Shown piece by piece: positions 47,999 through 55,438 of a stretch of DNA of 55,438 bases (position 1 is its first letter; every line of letters starts with the position of its first letter). The position numbers and the translations under genes were made by a program. The notes under the pieces are model-generated. The model was not told the origin of the DNA and did not search any database. It saw only the letters and a list, made by a program, of their open reading frames with translations. Source of the DNA: Octopus bimaculoides (Eukaryota); contig NC_068998.1 of assembly GCF_001194135.2 (NCBI RefSeq), forward strand, positions 13,395,291 to 13,450,728, given 5' to 3'.

Positions 47999-49530
47999 CT
48001 CTCTTTCTCTCTCTGTATATATATATATATATATATATATAATCATAAATATATAGGGATTGACAGTAACCTGCTTCTCCAACATACTGAGAATTCAGAA
48101 ATAGCAGTCAAAGAACTACTGATTTCAAAACTACAAATTATTACTACCGAAGAAGGTTTTTTCATACTGAGCTACCCGGCAAAATTGTTGATTATTAATT
48201 TTATTACTAATTGACGATTCCCTGCCCTGCATATCTATATATATATATATATATATTCATTTTGACATTTGAAATGTGGCACCTGTTGCACCTGTACAGG
48301 TAATGTTGATCTGATGGAGGGAGTGAGCTTATGTCTGCACNNNNNNNNNNNNNNNNNNNNNNNNNNNNNNNNNNNNNNNNNNNNNNNNNNNNNNNNNNNN
48401 NNNNNNNNNNNNNNNNNNNNNNNNNNNNNNNNNNNNNNNNNNNNNNNNNNNNNNNNNNNNNNNNNNNNNNNNNNNNNNNNNNNNNNNNNNNNNNNNNNNN
48501 NNNNNNNNNNNNNNNNNNNNNNNNNNNNNNNNNNNNNNNNNNNNNNNNNNNNNNNNNNNNNNNNNNNNNNNNNNNNNNNNNNNNNNNNNNNNNNNNNNNN
48601 NNNNNNNNTAAAAAAATCAAAAAAGGATAAAATCTTTTATAAGAATTTTATCAGAAAGCTAGTATGCAAAAAAATTTGTAAGGGAATTTCTATTCCCAAG
48701 AATATACTTATTCGTTTATATATATATATATAAAGGGCATTACTACAGAATAATGCCACACACTAGACTTCCCAAATACACACATTTTAGTACCGAATGC
48801 GAGGAAAACAACTTTTGAAAGAAACCAACATTTAAAAAAAAATAAACAACAATGTATTGACCGATTTCACGATTACCAGAATTAAATCTAGTTTCTGTTC
48901 GTCAGCATAGTATAGTATCAACATATACGAATAACGATATATATATACACACATACACACACACAGAGCAATGGCTCAATATACAAGTTAATTCATTCCT
49001 GGACAACACTCATAAAGTGATTACTGTGTATGTATAAAAGAGAGTTTTTATGTGTGTGTGTGTGCATATGTTACTTATGCATTCCAAACCAAGTTGCCGA
49101 TTTTCACATAAGGAGTATTGGCAGATAGATAGATAGATAAATAGAAAAATTAACATAGCTAGATAGATAGATAGACTGATAGATAGACTGATAGATAAAT
49201 AGAAAAATTAACATAGCTAGCCAGACAGACAGACATACAGACAGACAGGTAGGCAGGCAGACAGACAGACAGGTAGTTATGGATATATGTGCATCACTTT
49301 CATTATCTTCAAGTTTGACATCCACTTTCCCATGCTTGCTGGAGTCAGACAGAATTAACTGACACAGATTTTCTGTCGACAGATGTTCTGCTTCTCACCT
49401 GTTCTTAAGCAAGTTATCATCTCCCCATGGGCATACAGCTTGGAAACAAACAACACGGTCTGTAAGATTGGTGTCGCTTGTTAATGACTGTCGCATGATG
49501 TCAAGACAAGTTAACAACAAAGCATACACA

Positions 49531-49586
<56 letters not shown>

Positions 49587-49754
49587 TATGTATGTTTCTA
49601 TATGTGTATACACACACACGCACACATACATATATATAATTAGATAGATAGATAGATAGAGAGAGAGATAAATAGATAGATAGAGAGAGATAGAAAGAGA
49701 GAGATACATACATACGTGCATACATGTAAACACAATAAAATGTAAACACAACAA

Positions 49755-50258
49755 ACTTGATATAATGATTTGGGATAGAGAAGAGAAACTGTGAGAAATT
49801 AGCTGCCCAGCAGATGTTAGCATAAAGGTGAAGATGAGTGAATAAGAGAATGCCTAAACTGAACTACTGAGAAATTTGCAGTTACTCTAACTGGATTAAA
49901 AGTTCATTGTTTATACCTGTAATTATTGGGCAGTGGGAAATGTAACACACTGCCTAAATACCAATCTTAAGAAATTAGGTTTCTCAAACACAGAAAGGAG
50001 AAAACTGATTTGAAGACTACAGATCCAAGCCATCACTTGAATTGTAAAAAACAGGAAAACTTTTCATTTAAGTATATATATATGAGCATGTCTAGATATA
50101 CAACTATATGCATGAGAAGTGACGCATAAAACAAAACATACAAATCTACACATATATGTACATACAAAATAGCCTGTTGCAGTTGTTGAAATTCCAATGA
50201 AAGGGTCTTGGATCTAGGTTAGAAACTGCTTCTTTTTCTATTGGCAAGAAATTTTAAG

Positions 50259-50260
<2 letters not shown>
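49755..50260 (+). pseudogene. RLE-type non-LTR retrotransposon 3' end (PD-(D/E)xK endonuclease region plus 3' UTR)
   Basis: DIMIWDREEKL..EISCPADV...IPVIIG...VTHCLNTNLKKLGFS; multiple stops. Confidence 0.8.
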
Positions 50261-50290
<30 letters not shown>

Positions 50291-50292
<2 letters not shown>

Positions 50293-50453
50293 GATGGGCT
50301 TCTTTCAGTTTCCGTCTACCAAATCCTCTCACAAGGCTTTGGTCGGCCCAAGGCTATAGTAGAAGACACTTGCCCAAGTGCCATGCAGTGGGACTGAACC
50401 CGGAACCATGTGGTTGATAAGCAAGCTACTTACCACACAGCCACACCTGCACC
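50291..50453 (-). mobile_element. Family B SINE 5' half
   Basis: Alignment to B. Confidence 0.88.
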
Positions 50454-50569
50454 TCTTCTCTTACAGATATATATATATATTCAAAATTGAATGAGGTACT
50501 TATGCTTAAGCACCATTATTCAAAAACAATTCCAAAATCAAGGTGATCACACACACACACATACCTACC

Positions 50570-50607
<38 letters not shown>

Positions 50608-51109
50608 CACATATATATACATATATATTCACACACATATGCACGCACGCACACACACACACATGTATATATGTTGGTATGTATGCTGATTTTATCTAAG
50701 TACTTATGGCAATATGAAAAATAATCATTTAACTTAAATTATTGATGAAGGCTTCATACAGGTTATAATAGTAAAGAGCTGTATTAGACCTACAACCTGC
50801 CCTGTGTGCAGCTGGATGCTGCATCAGTTGACATTCCAAATTAAAACTCAATCTGGTCTGCTTAATATTTCATAGCTTTCTTGCTAATTGAATATAAAAA
50901 TGAAAGAAGAAGAACAACAACAATAAAGAAAGAAAAATTAAAAATCAATAAGATCAAACTGGCAATTAGACAGGTGATTGCAGCTAGAAGTCAGAGTCAA
51001 TGATCTTTGCAGTTAATAAATTATAAAATGTAATTATTTCTTTTATGTGTTTCTTTTATTGGATTAGTTTTTATCTTATTTTAATTTTTAATTATTAATA
51101 ATAAAAAAT

Positions 51110-51530
51110 TGACGATGGTGGTGTTTATGATGATGATGATGGTGATGATGATGAGGAGGTGAAAGATGAGGAGAAGGATGCGGAGTGGATGGTAGTGATG
51201 ACAATGGCAAAAATGACGATGACAATGGCAAAAATGACGATGAGAATAATGATAATAATAGAGATGGTGATGAAGATGACGCTGATGAAGATGATGATGA
51301 AGAGGAGGAGGAGGAAGAGGGAAGGAGGAGGATGGTGATGATAATGATGCTGCAGAAGAAGATGATAACGGTGGTGATAATGGTAATGATAATGATGATG
51401 ACGATGGTGACAATGATGATGATGATAATGATGATGATGATGATGACTATGATGATGATTAAAGATGATGATGAGGAAGAGGAGGAAAATGTGGAGGTGC
51501 TGATGGTGGAGATGATGATGATGCTACTCC
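51110..51530. repeat. (GAT)n/(GAG)n low-complexity tract
   Basis: Direct inspection; source of acidic and Met-rich ORFs. Confidence 0.9.
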
Positions 51531-52055
51531 AAGCTAGTAGTACATACAGCCGGCAGAAACCTCATATGCCATGACTATGTCACACATTTAGTGAGAAGGT
51601 GTATAATTGTGTTAACCAACCCCCCACCTACTCAACTAATACTTTTCTTTTCTCAACTGCTGCAGCATCACCACAACAGCTACTGTTGCTGCTGCTGCTG
51701 ATGATGATGATGTTCCACATCAGTGTTGATATTGCTATCATTACCTTCACTGCTTATATTTTGATGTGTTATGTTTTGATGTTCTTGTTGTTGTTGTTGT
51801 CCTTCTTCTTCTTCTTCAATCCCCTAGTTATCTCCATTACAAGAAGACCTATGAAGACCTATGACAGGAAGTGTTCCAATACTGACTATCCCTGTCTTTT
51901 TCTATGTCAGGAATTAAATTGTCAAATTACTTAACACAGCAAAGTGTGATTGAGTGAGAAATTGCTGTTATTTCTAACAGGTCAAATGCCCCCAGTAGAG
52001 CTCCCCTTGTTGGCTCATGTTTTGATCTTTTTTCCCTCTATATAGAATAATACGT

Positions 52056-52378
52056 GGATTAAAGTTCAGTTAAACCATAGCCTTACAACTGAATCAGTCT
52101 CTCAATGGATTCACTAAACTACAGCTGGATTGATCTTCAGTTTTACAAGTGGATCCATCCTCAGTTGAATCATAATGCTACAGCTAGACTAGTTTACAGA
52201 CACACAAATGCTTGATTGGTCCTCAGTTAAAATGTAGGGTTACCTCTGGATTAATATTCAGCTAAACCCTAGCCCTATAGCTGTATTAGTCCTCAGATAA
52301 ACCACAGTACTCCAGCAGGATTAATCCTCACTTGAACCACGACAATAAATTTGATCTGTTCCTCAGTTGACCTTTAGC
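52056..52378. repeat. Degenerate ~35-bp tandem array, ~10 units
   Basis: Recurrent ggattagtcctcagttaaacc...gctacagct pattern. Confidence 0.7.
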
Positions 52379-52513
52379 TTTCAGATCTCTTTGTCAAATG
52401 TATTGCCTATTTATTCACAGTTTTGAATTAACCATGCAATATCTTATAGCTTTGATGAGATTTCGCAATGTATCTTCTCATTTGGTGTAAAGAGGGTAGC
52501 AAATTAAAGGATA

Positions 52514-52728
52514 TACTCTTTTACTCTTTTACTTGTTTCAGTCATTTGACTGTGGCCATGCTGGAGCACTGTCTTTAGTCGAGCAAATCGACCCCAGGAC
52601 TTATTCTTTAGAAGCCTAGTACTTATTCTATCGGTCTGTTTTGCCGAACCGCTAAGTTACGGGGACGTAAACACACCAGCATCAGTTGTCAAGCAATGGT
52701 GCGGGGACAAACACAGACACGCAAACAC

Positions 52729-52775
<47 letters not shown>

Positions 52776-52943
52776 TACAACGGGCTTCTTTCAGTTTCCG
52801 ACTACCAAATCCACTCATAAGGCTTTGGTTGGCCCGCGGCTATAGTAGAAGACATTTGCCCAAGGTGCCACACAGTGGGACTGAACCCGGAACCATGTGG
52901 CTGGTAAGCGAGCTACTTACCACACAGCCACTCCTGCGCCTAT
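52514..52943 (-). mobile_element. Family B SINE, full length
   Basis: High identity to the young B copies. Confidence 0.92.
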
Positions 52944-53270
52944 ATATCTTCATTTATACAAAAGAGAACAATAATAAAATAACAGATGCAAAAAAGAAAC
53001 AAATATGCAATATGGTGAGAAAAGTATTAAAAATAACCATTAATGGATATGGATGTATAAACGCCCTCACGCAAGCTGCATGGTACATGTACAATTGCTC
53101 ATACAAGCATCCACAAAGATGTAAGCATATACACACATATGGTTTGCTGCACGTAGTCTACATAGTTAAATAGCTACTTGGTGTTTATAAGAATGGAGAA
53201 GTTAAAGCTAAACTTAATTCATCCATACCTTAAAGTAAATTGTGTTAATTTATTCAAATTTATTCCCACT

Positions 53271-53555
53271 GTATTGTGCGAAAGTACGTTTATATGCATG
53301 TAGCCATCTTGAGAGTCTTTCGGAAATTCTGTTAATGATTTGTTAATTGGTCCACAGAATAGACAGGGATTCTTCAGAGCAGGGTCAGCACCTTCTGGAA
53401 ATGATATTATATGGTTTTACATACCTTACTATGGACCAAGTTAAGTTATAATTAATTTTATCTTCCCTCAGTGGCGACACAGAATCAGCCAAAGATGTTG
53501 AATGTCTTTTATTGATTGTCTTGAAACTAGTGATATAGTTCTGATAACGATTCTT
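53271..53555 (-). pseudogene. Penelope-like element GIY-YIG endonuclease C-terminal part, decayed
   Basis: 95 codons in one frame with 2 stops: KNRYQNYITSF...STSLA...INYNLTWSIV..VKPYNIISRRC*PCSEE...INRISERLSRWLH; resembles the recalled PLE pattern KxRYxNHxxSF...TxLS...WSI...PY....CxLC..E...N.R.E..S.CRH. Confidence 0.8.
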
Positions 53556-53675
53556 AAATATATGAGTGAGTTGACAAATTTAAAGTACCAAGGAAATTGA
53601 ATCAAACTGTTTTGATCCTTGCATTGTTGTTTTTTTTTCTTATTGTCTTTTTTCTCCACTTTTAAAACATTTATG

Positions 53676-53708
<33 letters not shown>

Positions 53709-54162
53709 TTATCCATTAACATGTGTGTTTGAAAAGCTGTAAACAGTGAAAGTGCTTAACACAATATGAAACTTACTTTCAAAATGTTTGTGTTATTCCT
53801 TTTTTTTTTTAAGAATTTTCTATGTAAAAGATAATACTTAATTCAAGAAAAATCTTCCTTTCTAACAGATACAGATGTGTGTGTGTGTGCGTGTGTGTGT
53901 GAGTGTGTGTATGTACAATGTATATGTGTTCTATTTAATGATGATCTTAGATAATCCATTGCATCAAATGTGGAAGTGCTGAGGTGGTGTCTATCTCTGC
54001 TCACAACTATTCTAAGCAACAGCATGGTGCATATTACCAAGTCATAATTATTCATCAGTGACTGCTATGTGGCAGTAGGGAAGATTTGGCTATATTTTTT
54101 AGCAGATGGAGTATTCACATAGAGACTTCTTCATCAGATTGATAATTTCATACAAGCGACAT

Positions 54163-54550
54163 TGTTGTTGTTGGCACTCCATCACTTACAACATCGAGGG
54201 TTCCAGTTAATCCGATCAGCGGAACAGCCTGCTCGTGAAATTAATGTGCAAGCGGCTGAGCACTCTACAGACATGTGTACCCTTAACGTAGTTCTCGGGG
54301 ATATTCAGCGTGACACAGCGTGACAAGGCTGACCCTTTGAATTACAGGCACAAGAGAAACAGGAAGTAAGAGTGAGAGAAAGTTGTGGTGAAAGAGTACA
54401 GCAGGGTTTGCCACCATCCCCTGCCGGAGCCTCGTGGAGCTTTAGGTGTTTTTGCTCAATAAACACTCACAACGCCCGGTCTGGAAATCGAAACCGCGAT
54501 CCTATCACCGCGAGTTCGCTGCCCTAACCATTGGGCCATTGCACCTCCAC
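54163..54550 (-). mobile_element. Family A SINE, full length
   Basis: 11-bp TSD acaagcgacat at 54152-54162 and 54551-54561. Confidence 0.93.
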
Positions 54551-54779
54551 ACAAGCGACATATGTAACACATTAAGAGAAACAGTTTTCAAGACATAACC
54601 TTTACCCGTTTATGTCTGTTGAATATTATTTTGTATCGATTTATCTACAAGCAGCCATCATTTGTAATTCACTGTGATTTGTCTATAATTATTTTATATT
54701 CAATAATTCAGTTTATAGACAGTCATTGTCATCTTTGCGATTTCTTTTATAAAAACAATTTTATTAGATGGGAAATAGA

Positions 54780-54810
54780 TGGGAGGATAGATAGATAGAT
54801 AGATAGCTCG

Positions 54811-54866
<56 letters not shown>

Positions 54867-55127
54867 TGAGAAAGAAAGTTGGATAAATGAGTATGTGTGT
54901 GTGTGTGGCATGTGTATATATACACACACACATTTGTGTATGTATATATATATATATATATATATCAATAAACACACACACACACACATACATATACCGA
55001 CAGCTGAAGTATAGACACAGATATATATATATATATTTATATAGCTATATATATACATACATACACATATATAAATATATATATGTGTGTGTGTGTATGT
55101 GTGTGTACGTATGTATGTATATATATG

Positions 55128-55161
<34 letters not shown>

Positions 55162-55438
55162 TATATATATACATATATATATATATACACACACATATAT
55201 ATACACATATATATATATATACACACACATATATATACACATATATATATACATATATACATATATACATATACATATATACATATACATATATACATAT
55301 ACACATATACATATACACATATACATATACATATATATATATACATATATACATATACATATATACATATATACATATACATATATACATATACATATAT
55401 ACATATACATATACATATATATATATACATATACATAT
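54780..55438. repeat. (GATA)n/(GA)n then (TA)/(CATATA)n compound microsatellite to window end
   Basis: Direct inspection; source of MYMYI ORFs. Confidence 0.95.

Overview
Repeat-dense, AT-rich animal DNA with many assembly gaps. The SINE families and microsatellite load suggest an octopus genome (inference from recalled repeat sequences; no search was run). No host protein-coding exon could be confirmed. Nearly all supplied ORFs are microsatellite or N-gap artefacts; the exceptions are decayed transposon proteins. Contents: (1) Dozens of short interspersed repeats, labelled A-G here. A, B, D, E and F have tRNA-like heads; C and G show no head. (2) Fossil fragments of Penelope-like (RT, GIY-YIG), RTE, RLE-type (R4/Dong-like) and CR1/L2-group retroelements, and of hAT and CMC/Chapaev-like transposases. 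(3) Micro- and minisatellites. Best second-look candidates: a TSD-flanked ~255-bp retroposon joining a tRNA-Thr-like head to a decayed hammerhead ribozyme (23.2-23.4 kb); tandem ~263-bp repeats each carrying a decayed minimal hammerhead (6.35-6.88 kb); a perfect 9x31-bp array of ATTACGTAAT palindromes (12 kb); several fold-back inversions; a cryptic exon in antisense SINE B; and two CpG-retaining patches with splice donors that may be first exons. Boundaries were read by eye and may be off by 10-20 bp for diverged repeats.
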